In this document: positions 39,392-49,409 of the stretch, piece after piece
How positions within the stretch are numbered: the first letter of the stretch is position 1
Layout: each line of letters starts with the position of its first letter
Virus record (IMG/VR): IMGVR_UViG_3300004151_000006
Span: 124,001 to 188,000 of that record
Direction: 5' to 3' (one strand)
DNA: 64,000 nucleotides
Translations under genes and position numbers: made by a program
The notes under the pieces: generated by a model
Databases searched by the model: none
The model's input: only the letters and a program-made list of their open reading frames with translations
What the model was told of the DNA's origin: nothing

Positions 39392-40125
39392 TAGAGCCCA
39401 CACCAACAGAGACACTCATCCCATCTACAGATACTGTCTGGTATGTACCAGACACTGTCAGTGATCATTGTAAAGTGAATATCTACGCATCTGTAGAAGT
39501 ATGTAAAGCCTATCCTCATGCACTCAAATATGATGTACATGGAAAATCCACTGATCGTCACATTGATCTACAGATCAAATCGTTATCTATGGCCATGATT
39601 GTACTCAATCGTATCAGATATTATCATGCACAAAATGCACTCCTCACACAATGTGGTATCACAGATCTCATAGATAATGCATATACTAGACCTGGTGCAT
39701 TCAGACATTTTATCACTACTGAGATGTGTAAGGTGATGACTAGTAAGACATTCCCATTACCATATTGTTATGCGGATACACATATCATGCAGAATACAGC
39801 TCTATATCAAGAAGATTTAAATATAGTGCGTAAGATGGAACATGAAGATTATGATGCAGTAGTAGCAGCATATCAAAGGTATGGTAATAAAGAAGATGAT
39901 GGTTTTACTCTCACACTCCTCAATAGATTTGATAAATTTGAGATAGTGATAGCTGCAAAGATGGGGAGTCATGCTACTAAAATCGAGCACTATACCTATG
40001 CTGAGGATGAAGTAGATACTACTCCATCTGAAGAAAAGATCCACACTACGATAGGTGCATTCGCTCTGATCTACTATCATCCCAGACCACTCATCGGGAT
40101 GAGCACTCCCTTGGATGAAATGTAA
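39388..40125 (+). CDS. Hypothetical protein, tandem paralog B
   Basis: See previous feature; ATGA-type overlap. Confidence 0.7.
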   Translation: MIEPTPTETLIPSTDTVWYVPDTVSDHCKVNIYASVEVCKAYPHALKYDVHGKSTDRHIDLQIKSLSMAMIVLNRIRYYHAQNALLTQCGITDLIDNAYTRPGAFRHFITTEMCKVMTSKTFPLPYCYADTHIMQNTALYQEDLNIVRKMEHEDYDAVVAAYQRYGNKEDDGFTLTLLNRFDKFEIVIAAKMGSHATKIEHYTYAEDEVDTTPSEEKIHTTIGAFALIYYHPRPLIGMSTPLDEM

Positions 40126-40140
40126 GGAATAACAAGATTG

Positions 40141-40167
40141 TAGGGTAGCCCATTATGGGCTACCCTA
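40141..40167. terminator. Palindrome, near-copy of the 4110 element
   Basis: TAGGGTAGCCCAT-T-ATGGGCTACCCTA. Confidence 0.6.
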
Positions 40168-40348
40168 TTTATCATGATGTATTATATCTTTTTTCTTATT
40201 TGTCTCTACTCTTTATATAGTACTAAATCCAACACACACTACCTCTCTACCACCAGGTAGGGGAGGCCCCATCAGACTCCGTCTATACTGTCTATGTGAC
40301 CTATTCATTATCTATAGTGTAGAGTCTTTACCTTCAGTCTTTTATCAT

Positions 40349-40377
40349 GAGAGTAGAGGGTGATACCCTCTACTCTC
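40349..40377. repeat. Perfect hairpin inside a long intergenic region
   Basis: GAGAGTAGAGGGT-GAT-ACCCTCTACTCTC. Confidence 0.6.
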
Positions 40378-40464
40378 TATCTAGAGTCATTACCCTAGTT
40401 CTTTATATAGACTATTGATTTAGTCTTGATATAGATAGCATGATTAGAGGAGGAGTATACCCTC

Positions 40465-42132
40465 ATGCCTATATTACCATGTCCACTCACAGAGTACACT
40501 ACACATATATTTGATCCACTCTTCCAAAACATGGTCAATAGACTGATATACACCATGGGATATAAAGATATCTTTAAGGATAACATTTATATCAACTCTA
40601 GCTATGCGCGTACATCAGATACTACTGATGGTGATAACAACGCTATGATACGTAGTGATAAGTTTATAGCTGATGTGACCATGCAGATGCAACCCGATAG
40701 TACCAAATGGAATACATTCAATTTCAATCACACTGCTGCATATGGTATCAATTCTAATAGTATAAAGAATAATCATTTACTCTTTTTAGATAGTGGGGCT
40801 AAAGTGAGTCTTTGGGAACAATCTTCTCCTTGTAGTGTGATACTCAATTGTCGTATGGTATTTCTTAATAAGATGCATGCATATCAGACTCCACATATAT
40901 TACTCAATAGATTCTTATCTGGGTCAGTACTGGAGGTAGCAGATCTGTTTTATGATTATCAGTTACCCACGAGTGCACTTTATGCATTCTCTGAGATACA
41001 CTCTAGGAGAGGACTTGATCTTGACTATTATCAATACTTGAGAGTGGGGAGTGATGGTCAAATTGGTCTAGTAAAGAATATCCATGGTGATAGACCTGAA
41101 TATGTGGTGAAGAAGAGTCAGATACGATGTCTTTATACTGTAGAGTATAGTGATGAACAGCCTAGTGATGAAAAGACCAATGCTGCACCCAACTCCTTTG
41201 TGATACCTTTTACGTATACAATTCAATTTGCTTTACCCAATCTCTTGTTTTTGGAATACCCCATCATGATCAATAATCAATTACTCCCTCAAGAATGTAT
41301 CCCTACTCATATCTACAATACTGCTCCTGGATTCACTGGAGACTTTACTTTTAAAACTATGAGTGATTACTATCATGAGTATTACAAGAATCAACCTACA
41401 AGTTGTTTTATTTCTCCTTTCTGGGAAGATTGGGCACCACCATCGAATGCTATGCCAAGACGTTATAGCCATGAACCTTTCTTCATTGGTACTCTCACTA
41501 TCGATGATCCCAATGAAAAGATGATGATAGATCTATCTGGTGATCTTGGAGATGGATTTAGATTCAATCCTATCTTGTTGGATATCTTAAGAGAGCAAGG
41601 TGAAGGAGCATTCAAATTTGAATCATTATTTAATATCTCAGTATATAAAGATAATCAGTTACTTGATAGAAGTGAGCTCAGTCTCAGTGATGAATTACAG
41701 CTTTCATTTTCAGCTAAAGAGCCTTTGGCTATCTATAGACTGGTGATCTCTCAAATGCAATATCTCTTCAATTTGAGGATAGAATATTGGGACTTGGCAT
41801 TTAAGTATAGATTCTTTTTAGGTAATGCAAATACTATCAAAGAGTTCTTTCATAAACGGGTGCCATATTGGAAGAATTATACTCAATTCTATTTTGACAA
41901 TCGTACAAAGAGTTATTATGATAAGACCACTAAAGCATTTGTATTTGCAGTCGATAAAGATGGTAGAATGTATAGATGGATAGATGGTATCTATGGATCA
42001 CCTAAAAAAGAGTATTTTGATGATCTCACCTATCTCCCAGAAGGAGTGAAAAAATATGGGTCTTTTACCACGTTCAGGATCCTTGACACCGACATCACAA
42101 CAGCAGGTGGAACCACACCAGACACTCCCTAA
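40465..42132 (+). CDS. Probable virion structural protein
   Basis: GAGGAGG RBS; 555 aa; first gene of a block resembling phiKZ gp98-101 (recalled synteny). Confidence 0.5.
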   Translation: MPILPCPLTEYTTHIFDPLFQNMVNRLIYTMGYKDIFKDNIYINSSYARTSDTTDGDNNAMIRSDKFIADVTMQMQPDSTKWNTFNFNHTAAYGINSNSIKNNHLLFLDSGAKVSLWEQSSPCSVILNCRMVFLNKMHAYQTPHILLNRFLSGSVLEVADLFYDYQLPTSALYAFSEIHSRRGLDLDYYQYLRVGSDGQIGLVKNIHGDRPEYVVKKSQIRCLYTVEYSDEQPSDEKTNAAPNSFVIPFTYTIQFALPNLLFLEYPIMINNQLLPQECIPTHIYNTAPGFTGDFTFKTMSDYYHEYYKNQPTSCFISPFWEDWAPPSNAMPRRYSHEPFFIGTLTIDDPNEKMMIDLSGDLGDGFRFNPILLDILREQGEGAFKFESLFNISVYKDNQLLDRSELSLSDELQLSFSAKEPLAIYRLVISQMQYLFNLRIEYWDLAFKYRFFLGNANTIKEFFHKRVPYWKNYTQFYFDNRTKSYYDKTTKAFVFAVDKDGRMYRWIDGIYGSPKKEYFDDLTYLPEGVKKYGSFTTFRILDTDITTAGGTTPDTP

Positions 42133-43366
42133 TACCACTGTGCTTTTAGATGGTGGACGATATCATCTTCCTAATGATGGAAATCTCTCTAATGAAAAGA
42201 TAGTCAAAGATACACTCCAGACACAGACTGCTTGGAATGTGGATCGATATGCAAGTAGTCTTTCTCTCATGGCAGGATATGCTGATGGATTTCCTCTCAG
42301 TGTAACCTATTTTAATCAAGAGACTAGACCTGGATACAAGTCTACTCCTATTGATATTGTGATGTCAAATACTGAACATGTAGTACATAAAAACATCATC
42401 AAGATCCTTAATTTTGAGGTACGATTATCTGGACCACTAGATTTTCAAAATGACAAAGAAGAGACATTCATGACTGCCGTAGGTCAAATGACCACACCAG
42501 CTGGATTCAAACCTGCTATAGGTGATTTCTTTTATATGTTACAGCAAGATGGTAAATGGGGTATAGTGGCTATCCGAGATATAGATAGATTATCATTGAG
42601 CCAGAATACTTTCATCAAATGTGATATTGAATTAGTAGCATTCTTGACTGTAGATCAAAGAGAGTTCATTGAACAGTGTGTGACTAATACTTATTACTTT
42701 GATAAACAGAAATATCACATTAACAATATGACATTACTTAAAGAGACTTCATATATCCAAATGAATATTGTGACACAGATACGTAAAGAGATGATCTCTT
42801 ATTACTACGAACAGTTTTACAATAAAGTGATTAATAGTGTGGTGTTGCCAGATGGTACGTATGATCCCTATGTAGTAGAATTTTTACATAAGAAAGTGAG
42901 TGTGGTGGATTTCCCTAAAAGACCTCAACAATTATTACCTGAACTTTATGATTATAACAATAGTATCTGGGCTTGTTTCACTGAGAAAAATAGATCCAAT
43001 GATCCACGTACTGTAGATAATGCTATCCATTTAAAACGTAGAGAGAATAACTATTGGCAAACTGGTATTACACTTCTTGTAGATAGAGAATATATTGCTT
43101 TAGGTAAAGCTAAGACTAATTGGAAATTTGGTGAAAAAGAAATAATGACACCTTATGTATTTTCGATTGAGTTTTATTTGTGCAACACAAAAGATATGAC
43201 AGGACCCGAATTATTAGTTTATGAGACACTCAGTCAATCTATCAATATTGAACGTATCATTGAGTTTATGCAGACCTATAGAAATTGGGAAAAAGAATAT
43301 GCATTTTATTGGATACCTATCTCATTGTGGCTCATGGATATAGCTTACGCCAATATCACAGATTGA
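42056..43366 (+). CDS. Probable virion structural protein
   Basis: 436 aa; PAIGDFF and YDPYVVEFL; same block. Confidence 0.5.
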   Translation: MGLLPRSGSLTPTSQQQVEPHQTLPNTTVLLDGGRYHLPNDGNLSNEKIVKDTLQTQTAWNVDRYASSLSLMAGYADGFPLSVTYFNQETRPGYKSTPIDIVMSNTEHVVHKNIIKILNFEVRLSGPLDFQNDKEETFMTAVGQMTTPAGFKPAIGDFFYMLQQDGKWGIVAIRDIDRLSLSQNTFIKCDIELVAFLTVDQREFIEQCVTNTYYFDKQKYHINNMTLLKETSYIQMNIVTQIRKEMISYYYEQFYNKVINSVVLPDGTYDPYVVEFLHKKVSVVDFPKRPQQLLPELYDYNNSIWACFTEKNRSNDPRTVDNAIHLKRRENNYWQTGITLLVDREYIALGKAKTNWKFGEKEIMTPYVFSIEFYLCNTKDMTGPELLVYETLSQSINIERIIEFMQTYRNWEKEYAFYWIPISLWLMDIAYANITD

Positions 43367-43371
43367 TCTCA

Positions 43372-43400
43372 TAGAGGAGGAGGCTATGCCTCCTCCTCTA
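43372..43400. terminator. Perfect hairpin
   Basis: TAGAGGAGGAGGC-TAT-GCCTCCTCCTCTA. Confidence 0.6.
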
Positions 43401-43422
43401 GATATGCTGATCATTTCATTTT

Positions 43423-43435
43423 AAATATATATCAT
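43423..43435 (+). promoter_or_regulatory. Putative early promoter
   Basis: AAATATATATCAT. Confidence 0.65.
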
Positions 43436-43495
43436 TTAAATGAATCTGGATATCAAACCTTAGATAAAAACATTCAACTTAAGGAGACTACCTAG

Positions 43496-43672
43496 GTGCC
43501 CCATTATCTCAATGATCGTATGATCCGGTTGCAGGCCATCTTTGAAACCATCAACTCCCAGTTCGAGGAACAGCAGAAGCAAGGAATGACTTACATCCCC
43601 ACCTTGCCCGGCATGGGTGATCATGAGGCGGCTTACCGTCTCCTTAACGGCAGGGGCATCGCCTGTCAGTGA
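43496..43672 (+). CDS. Small GC-rich early protein (58 aa)
   Basis: Not in the ORF track. Promoter at 43423, AAGGAG RBS, GTG start, MPHYLNDRMIRLQAIFETINSQFEEQQKQGMTYIPTLPGMGDHEAAYRLLNGRGIACQ, hairpin at 43681. Confidence 0.7.
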   Translation: MPHYLNDRMIRLQAIFETINSQFEEQQKQGMTYIPTLPGMGDHEAAYRLLNGRGIACQ

Positions 43673-43680
43673 CCTGTACA

Positions 43681-43708
43681 GTGGAGGGTCCCCATGGGGA
43701 CCCTCCAC
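43681..43708. terminator. Loopless palindrome
   Basis: GTGGAGGGTCCCCATGGGGACCCTCCAC. Confidence 0.6.
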
Positions 43709-43753
43709 CACATCAGTGGTCTTTATATTTTTTGTATATGATCCATAAAAACG

Positions 43754-43762
43754 ATCTTATAG
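43754..43762 (+). promoter_or_regulatory. Putative late promoter
   Basis: ATCTTATAG. Confidence 0.45.
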
Positions 43763-43784
43763 TCTTTTATCTTGGAGGAATATC

Positions 43785-44243
43785 ATGGCTAAGACACAAT
43801 ATGTAGATATAGTTGATCATATTAATAAATATCCATATAGAGTATTAGCACCTGCCAAATATACACCTATAGCCGATTATGATAAACTTTTTAATTTTGA
43901 TCCACTCTATCAACCAACTGATCCTGATATGGTCTGTACTCATGCACTCACTATAGTCAATCTCATTGACATGCATGCTAACAATATAGAATTTAGAGTA
44001 GTGAAAAATGAAGATGTATTTGATATTTATCATAAACTTTATTCATATATGGAGATACTCCATAGCAATAGAAAAAGAAATGTAGATCAAGAAGTCTTCT
44101 ATCAAAAGGCTATGACATTTTTACAACTCTGTGCTAAGAAATGTAGATTAGCACATAAGCGACTTGATTTAGATAGAGAAGTAAAACCTGGTACATTATC
44201 AGCAGTTCTTACTAAGATTAATAGAGCACTTCAAGGGAGGTAA
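43785..44243 (+). CDS. Hypothetical protein
   Basis: GGAGG RBS; late-type motif at 43754. Confidence 0.65.
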   Translation: MAKTQYVDIVDHINKYPYRVLAPAKYTPIADYDKLFNFDPLYQPTDPDMVCTHALTIVNLIDMHANNIEFRVVKNEDVFDIYHKLYSYMEILHSNRKRNVDQEVFYQKAMTFLQLCAKKCRLAHKRLDLDREVKPGTLSAVLTKINRALQGR

Positions 44244-44249
44244 TTTATT

Positions 44250-45596
44250 ATGGGTATGAATATCAGACCCAGTGAACAATTAGACAATGCTATTTTTTCT
44301 GCTTTAGATAAACGCATTCAATGTACCTATCGATTAGAGTGTACTATCTCCAATGCTGAGACTGGATTTGAATTGGAAGTATATTATTTTACTGGTATGG
44401 GTATCAATCAAAGTTTCACTGAAAATTATACAGACTTGATCAGTGTGTCTATTGAACTCAGACCTAGTGACTTCCTCACAGTACTCACCAATTATAATAA
44501 TCTTAATTGTACTATTATTCTCACTACAGTGGATGCACATACGTTTTATGATGTAGATGATCTCGATCCTATCATCTTTACGGGTAGAGTCATCATCAAT
44601 AATCCCCAAGACATTATGAAGAAATATAATTTTAGACAACTCATAGAAGAAGAAGATGACCCGAATAGTGAAGAGTCTAAAAAGGCAGTCAAGTTACCAC
44701 TCAGCTTTCAGATGATGCGACAAGAGACTTATGATTTGAAACGTAAAGAAGTTAACGCTATGTTCACTGATACTACGTTGGATAAAGTCATGTCCTTTGT
44801 AGCAGATCAGTTTGGTATCACCGCTACTAATATGAAGTTACCAGATAATATGGATAAGATCAAGAATCTAGTGATACCACCAGGTCAAGATCTTTCATCA
44901 GTATTCCACTACTTGCAAGAGAGATTTGGTGTATTTGGAAACGGTATGAGTGCCTATATATCAGATAAAATATTACATATTTATCCACCCAATGATACTG
45001 AAGCTAAAGATTATAAAACAACTATGCATGTCATTAAAGCACCAGCCAATTATATCCCAGGTGAACAAGGATATCATACAGTAGAAAATGGTGAACTCAT
45101 CGTGGTATCCACTGGTGGTGGTGATATAGCTAACATGACTGAAGCTGGAGTAGAACAAGCAGGTAACACTCAAGTGTCAGTACAATCGGATCGTATGATA
45201 GATTTTACTACTACAATGAAAGAAGATGGTGAAGTCAAAATGAATGAAAATACACAGACTTTATCTTTAGATACGAAGAATCAAGCACAAGAAAATGCAA
45301 TCAATGCACGTTACTCTGGTGAAACAGTCAACTCATTTAATCAACTTTCTAATATGGGACAATATGATTGTATTATGGCTACTCTCAATTGGGTGTCAGC
45401 TAGACCAATGTTGCTTAATCCAGGTCAAAAGCTCACATTACATTATGATGATGAAAATGGAGTATACACTACAGCATCTGGTGTATTGGAAGGTATCTCA
45501 TTTACAAGTTCTAAATTAGATAAGTATATTGGTCAACCTTTTTATATATTTGGTAGTCAAATAGTAGCTCGATTGAAATCTAATAAGAGGGACTAA
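44250..45596 (+). CDS. Probable virion structural (baseplate hub-like) protein
   Basis: IPPGQDL..VFHYLQERFGVF.NG; C-terminal W..ARP.LL.PG. Confidence 0.55.
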   Translation: MGMNIRPSEQLDNAIFSALDKRIQCTYRLECTISNAETGFELEVYYFTGMGINQSFTENYTDLISVSIELRPSDFLTVLTNYNNLNCTIILTTVDAHTFYDVDDLDPIIFTGRVIINNPQDIMKKYNFRQLIEEEDDPNSEESKKAVKLPLSFQMMRQETYDLKRKEVNAMFTDTTLDKVMSFVADQFGITATNMKLPDNMDKIKNLVIPPGQDLSSVFHYLQERFGVFGNGMSAYISDKILHIYPPNDTEAKDYKTTMHVIKAPANYIPGEQGYHTVENGELIVVSTGGGDIANMTEAGVEQAGNTQVSVQSDRMIDFTTTMKEDGEVKMNENTQTLSLDTKNQAQENAINARYSGETVNSFNQLSNMGQYDCIMATLNWVSARPMLLNPGQKLTLHYDDENGVYTTASGVLEGISFTSSKLDKYIGQPFYIFGSQIVARLKSNKRD

Positions 45597-45602
45597 CTTT
45601 AA

Positions 45603-45926
45603 GTGGGAGTATTTGACATGGTAGTAAAGTACGACTATTTTTTTAAAGATAAACCAATTCGAATATTACAAAATCTAGATAATGAGTCTGTTGGGGCACA
45701 CGTTAATAAATTAGGTAAACATGATTATGTTGCTTATGCTTGTTTTCATAGACCATGTCCAGATATTTGGTTTGGTAGACTCTTAGCTTTTCCTATATGT
45801 AAATTTGATTGGTTAGATGATTTTGTAAAATGCATTCCTATGGATCTATTTATGTATAATAAAAAGAAAGGTCTATGTTCTTTTTATGTAGATGATATGT
45901 GTATCTTCTCACCATATGCACCCTAG
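45603..45926 (+). CDS. Hypothetical protein
   Basis: ORF following the structural block. Confidence 0.5.
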   Translation: MGVFDMVVKYDYFFKDKPIRILQNLDNESVGAHVNKLGKHDYVAYACFHRPCPDIWFGRLLAFPICKFDWLDDFVKCIPMDLFMYNKKKGLCSFYVDDMCIFSPYAP

Positions 45927-45943
45927 TAAATCAATAAATACTC

Positions 45944-45956
45944 AAGCATATATTAT
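45944..45956 (+). promoter_or_regulatory. Putative early promoter
   Basis: AAGCATATATTAT. Confidence 0.6.
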
Positions 45957-46010
45957 TTATGAGCTAGAGTGTATCACAAATGAATAAATCCCATTAGGAG
46001 GAAAGATCAG

Positions 46011-46331
46011 ATGGTAGTAGATCTGCAAGAAGAAGTGATCATGGATAGTATCATCAATGATGCTAAAACCATTTCTAATGAAACAATGAATTTGGTAAAT
46101 AACACTAAACTTCTCATGGATCAAGTGGTGAGTTTGCGTGAACTTATCTTTATGTATTTTGAAGCTAAAGATTGGTATGATCAGGTACTTGGTGGTTTAG
46201 AACATTATCATTTGGATACTCAGGATACACGTGATAGTTTTGATTTGATCTTTGAAAATGCCACTCAAGAATATTACAGTGCTTGTACTCTTCTTCGTAG
46301 ACTTGGTGTCATCACCCAGGAGGATATGTAA
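46011..46331 (+). CDS. Early hypothetical protein
   Basis: Promoter at 45944, AGGAGG RBS. Confidence 0.6.
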   Translation: MVVDLQEEVIMDSIINDAKTISNETMNLVNNTKLLMDQVVSLRELIFMYFEAKDWYDQVLGGLEHYHLDTQDTRDSFDLIFENATQEYYSACTLLRRLGVITQEDM

Positions 46332-46332
46332 T

Positions 46333-46737
46333 ATGTTGGAATTGGTGTTGATCCGTGGTCTTCCTGGGAGTGGGAAGACCACTATGGCTAAGGAACAGTT
46401 CCCTGATCACATTCATTGTGAAGCTGATCAATATTTTACAGATGAACATGGTAATTTTAATTTTGATCCTAAGTTTATTGAAGTGGCACATGAAGCATGT
46501 TTCAATAAAGCAAATGATGCATTGGGTATTGGAAAAAGTGTGGTGGTATCAAATCAATTTCGTCTGTTAAAGGAGATGAAATCTTACGTAACTTTGGCAG
46601 ATTGTTATGGTGCAGAACTCAAAGTGTATGAATGTACTGGTTTTTATGGAAGTAAAGCTACTGATCCTGATTATTTGCAATTTGCTAAGTCTACCTGGGA
46701 ACCCCTCATATCGGAATCTAAAGAAGGAGTGAATTAA
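46333..46737 (+). CDS. P-loop kinase/AAA_33-like protein
   Basis: LIRGLPGSGKTT, CEADQYF, VVVSN; AGGAGG RBS before ATG 46333. Confidence 0.8.
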   Translation: MLELVLIRGLPGSGKTTMAKEQFPDHIHCEADQYFTDEHGNFNFDPKFIEVAHEACFNKANDALGIGKSVVVSNQFRLLKEMKSYVTLADCYGAELKVYECTGFYGSKATDPDYLQFAKSTWEPLISESKEGVN

Positions 46738-46738
46738 T

Positions 46739-47155
46739 ATGCATCTTCAGAATTATGTCAATAATATCACTACATATTTCAATGCTCTCATTCCTAAAGA
46801 AAAATACAATGAACTTTTTGTGTGTATCCAAAAATATGTTGCATATGCAGTGACAAATAAAAAGAATCTGGAATTTATTCTTCAACTTACAAGAAATGAT
46901 CTTGCTATCATCATTCCAGATGGATCAATTGACGGTCGTGTGACACATGGTGTGGATGTTTATCTTACAAAGATTGATATGTCATTCTTTCATAGATTTC
47001 TTTCTTCAGGTACTGGATTTGAATTTCCTTTTGAAGATAAAAAGGTTATCATTGATTTTGATATGGAAAGTGATCTTCCTGTATCTTATACTGATATGAT
47101 GAATAGTAAAAGGAGTTATCGTGGAATGATGCGTATCCTTTACACCATGAATTGA
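46739..47155 (+). CDS. Hypothetical protein
   Basis: Coupled to the upstream kinase; AAGGAG RBS. Confidence 0.6.
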   Translation: MHLQNYVNNITTYFNALIPKEKYNELFVCIQKYVAYAVTNKKNLEFILQLTRNDLAIIIPDGSIDGRVTHGVDVYLTKIDMSFFHRFLSSGTGFEFPFEDKKVIIDFDMESDLPVSYTDMMNSKRSYRGMMRILYTMN

Positions 47156-47186
47156 TGTTTTGGATATAAAAAAAGACAACAATCGT

Positions 47187-47220
47187 GCATAGTAGGAGGG
47201 AGATCTCCCTCCTACTATGC
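47187..47220. terminator. Loopless palindrome
   Basis: GCATAGTAGGAGGGAGATCTCCCTCCTACTATGC. Confidence 0.6.
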
Positions 47221-47247
47221 ACATTACCCATTTCATTTGGAGGAAAA

Positions 47248-48102
47248 ATGGAGGCTATATCTGGCGGAGTGTCTCTCTTTGTGAAGGTCGATAACATCTT
47301 AAATAAGATCCATTTTGCTATGGGAGGTTTTAATCAGATATTGGATTACACTGATACTGATAAAGGATATCTTTCTGGTGGTATCCAAATCTTAGAAGAG
47401 ATTTATGGTGAGCTGACAACTATAAAAAATGAATTGAAATCAAAACAGGATGTAGTAAATGATATTGTTCCAATGGAGATTATAAAAGAAGAGATACCAA
47501 CAGTTCGTGTGATTAAACCTGCTGAATTAAAATCTATAAATACACAATCTTTAGATACATTATCCAATACAAATAAAACCAATGTAAACATGAAACATCT
47601 CAATCTTCCGAACATTATTGATACAAGTAAATCTAATACTAGACCGGCATTCCCTATACCAGATACACCACGTGGATTTAATACTATCCCTGGTTTGGAT
47701 AAATTGACATTACCTAAACCAAACATCATGTCACAGGATAAATCAAAGTCAGATATTCAACCTGTTAATGTTGATATTGTATCTAATCAAATTGATCCAC
47801 CAATGGCTTCTGGATATAAGCTTTCACCTGAAGAGGCTACCATCTCTAATGTTGAGAGTGATATTTTACAATATTTAATGGATCAGAATGATGTTTGGTC
47901 AAACATTAGTCAAATTTGTAAAGGTGTGAATAAAGTAAGAGCTACAGTTAATAAATATATTAAAATGTTATCAGAAAAAGGATTTGTGATTCATGATGTG
48001 GTGACGAATCGTAAGACAAATACCACTACTTGGAAATTAGATAGAAAATATTCTAATGATATTGATAGATTGAAATTTATCATTACCTTATCTAAAAAAT
48101 AG
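47248..48102 (+). CDS. Protein with C-terminal winged helix-turn-helix
   Basis: ILQYL....WSNISQICKGVNKVRATVNKYIKMLSEKGFV; GGAGG RBS before 47248. Confidence 0.65.
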   Translation: MEAISGGVSLFVKVDNILNKIHFAMGGFNQILDYTDTDKGYLSGGIQILEEIYGELTTIKNELKSKQDVVNDIVPMEIIKEEIPTVRVIKPAELKSINTQSLDTLSNTNKTNVNMKHLNLPNIIDTSKSNTRPAFPIPDTPRGFNTIPGLDKLTLPKPNIMSQDKSKSDIQPVNVDIVSNQIDPPMASGYKLSPEEATISNVESDILQYLMDQNDVWSNISQICKGVNKVRATVNKYIKMLSEKGFVIHDVVTNRKTNTTTWKLDRKYSNDIDRLKFIITLSKK

Positions 48103-48124
48103 TATTAGATATAATATACAGGAA

Positions 48125-48149
48125 GTGGAGGGGACAATGTCCCCTCCAC
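48125..48149. terminator. Palindrome between convergent genes
   Basis: GTGGAGGGGACA-A-TGTCCCCTCCAC. Confidence 0.65.
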
Positions 48150-48155
48150 CAACTA

Positions 48156-49316
48156 TTACCCGTTATATATTTTTTCATGTAAAGATAAGATACGTATCTC
48201 GATATAATCTCTGAGTTCATGGTGTTTACAGTTTGTCCAGGGTCTATTGTTTTTAAGCCTATTGATGATACGTTTGTATTCCACTAAGATAGTTTTAAAT
48301 AAAGTATTTTTAGGATTTAGTTTTAAAATATTAAAAATGAGTTCAAAGATATCAATCTCTTTTAAGATAGTGAGAAACATATATGGTCGTTTATGATCAG
48401 TATACCAACGTGTTTGACTGGATATCAAGAGATCTCTCAATGATCCGGAAAATAATAGATCCGTATTGAGAAGATTAATAGCTCTTGTATTATTGTGTTT
48501 AATGAGATCGAATTCTTTAAATAAAGATAGCATTCCATCGGTGTAAGTAGTAGTTATCTTACCATATTGATTTTCTACTTCTATTTCATCATAAGTCCTA
48601 GTAGATACAGTATCTAATGTATCAATATTGATCAACCATCGTAATTGTTTCATGAGCCAAATATTGGTGAGATCTGATTGAAAAGTATTATAAATGAAAT
48701 TCTTATAAAAGAATAAATTAGCTGAAGTGATATCTGGATATTGCATTATACCTTCTTTCTTAAATTTATACCATTTAAATATTAATGCTATTGGATCAAT
48801 CAAAAATATACATTGACTGGGTAATTGGTCATAAAAACGTATCCTACTTCCATTGAGATTAAGACTGAATTCATCACTATCATGCCACCAGACTTTCATG
48901 ACAGATATGTCTTTCCAAATATCCCATCCACTATTAAATGGTAAATATTGTAACGTATCAAGATCTTCATTCGATATGACAAATTCTTTTGTATAGCTCC
49001 CAGAGATATAATAGCGTCTAAAGATACTGCCTGTGTGGGTAGTGTCATATTTACTTATAAGTTCATTTCTTAAATCTGATATATAAAACATATATCGATC
49101 TACATCATTGGAGAATTTATTCATGTATTTCAAATCTACCATATGACAAAGAATATCGAGTAATCGCATACCATGTGGATAACTATTACTGTTACCATTT
49201 AAGTATTGATTGGTTTTATTGTTAGTATAGATTCTCATTCGTTCAAGGTAGTATTTATATTTAGGTATGGACCTTGGTGCACCTGGAGGAATATGATCTA
49301 AGAGATAATTCAGCAC
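48156..49316 (-). CDS. Hypothetical protein
   Basis: 386 aa, AAGGAG RBS, divergent from the putative chimallin gene. Confidence 0.6.
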   Translation of the reverse strand: MLNYLLDHIPPGAPRSIPKYKYYLERMRIYTNNKTNQYLNGNSNSYPHGMRLLDILCHMVDLKYMNKFSNDVDRYMFYISDLRNELISKYDTTHTGSIFRRYYISGSYTKEFVISNEDLDTLQYLPFNSGWDIWKDISVMKVWWHDSDEFSLNLNGSRIRFYDQLPSQCIFLIDPIALIFKWYKFKKEGIMQYPDITSANLFFYKNFIYNTFQSDLTNIWLMKQLRWLINIDTLDTVSTRTYDEIEVENQYGKITTTYTDGMLSLFKEFDLIKHNNTRAINLLNTDLLFSGSLRDLLISSQTRWYTDHKRPYMFLTILKEIDIFELIFNILKLNPKNTLFKTILVEYKRIINRLKNNRPWTNCKHHELRDYIEIRILSLHEKIYNG

Positions 49317-49396
49317 ATGAAATTCTCCTTATATTGTCATACTTTTAAACTATAGGATTGTAAAAACTTATAGGGTCTAATATCCAAAATAACTTG

Positions 49397-49409
49397 AGAT
49401 ATATATTAT
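49397..49409 (+). promoter_or_regulatory. Putative early promoter of chimallin
   Basis: AGATATATATTAT. Confidence 0.65.
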
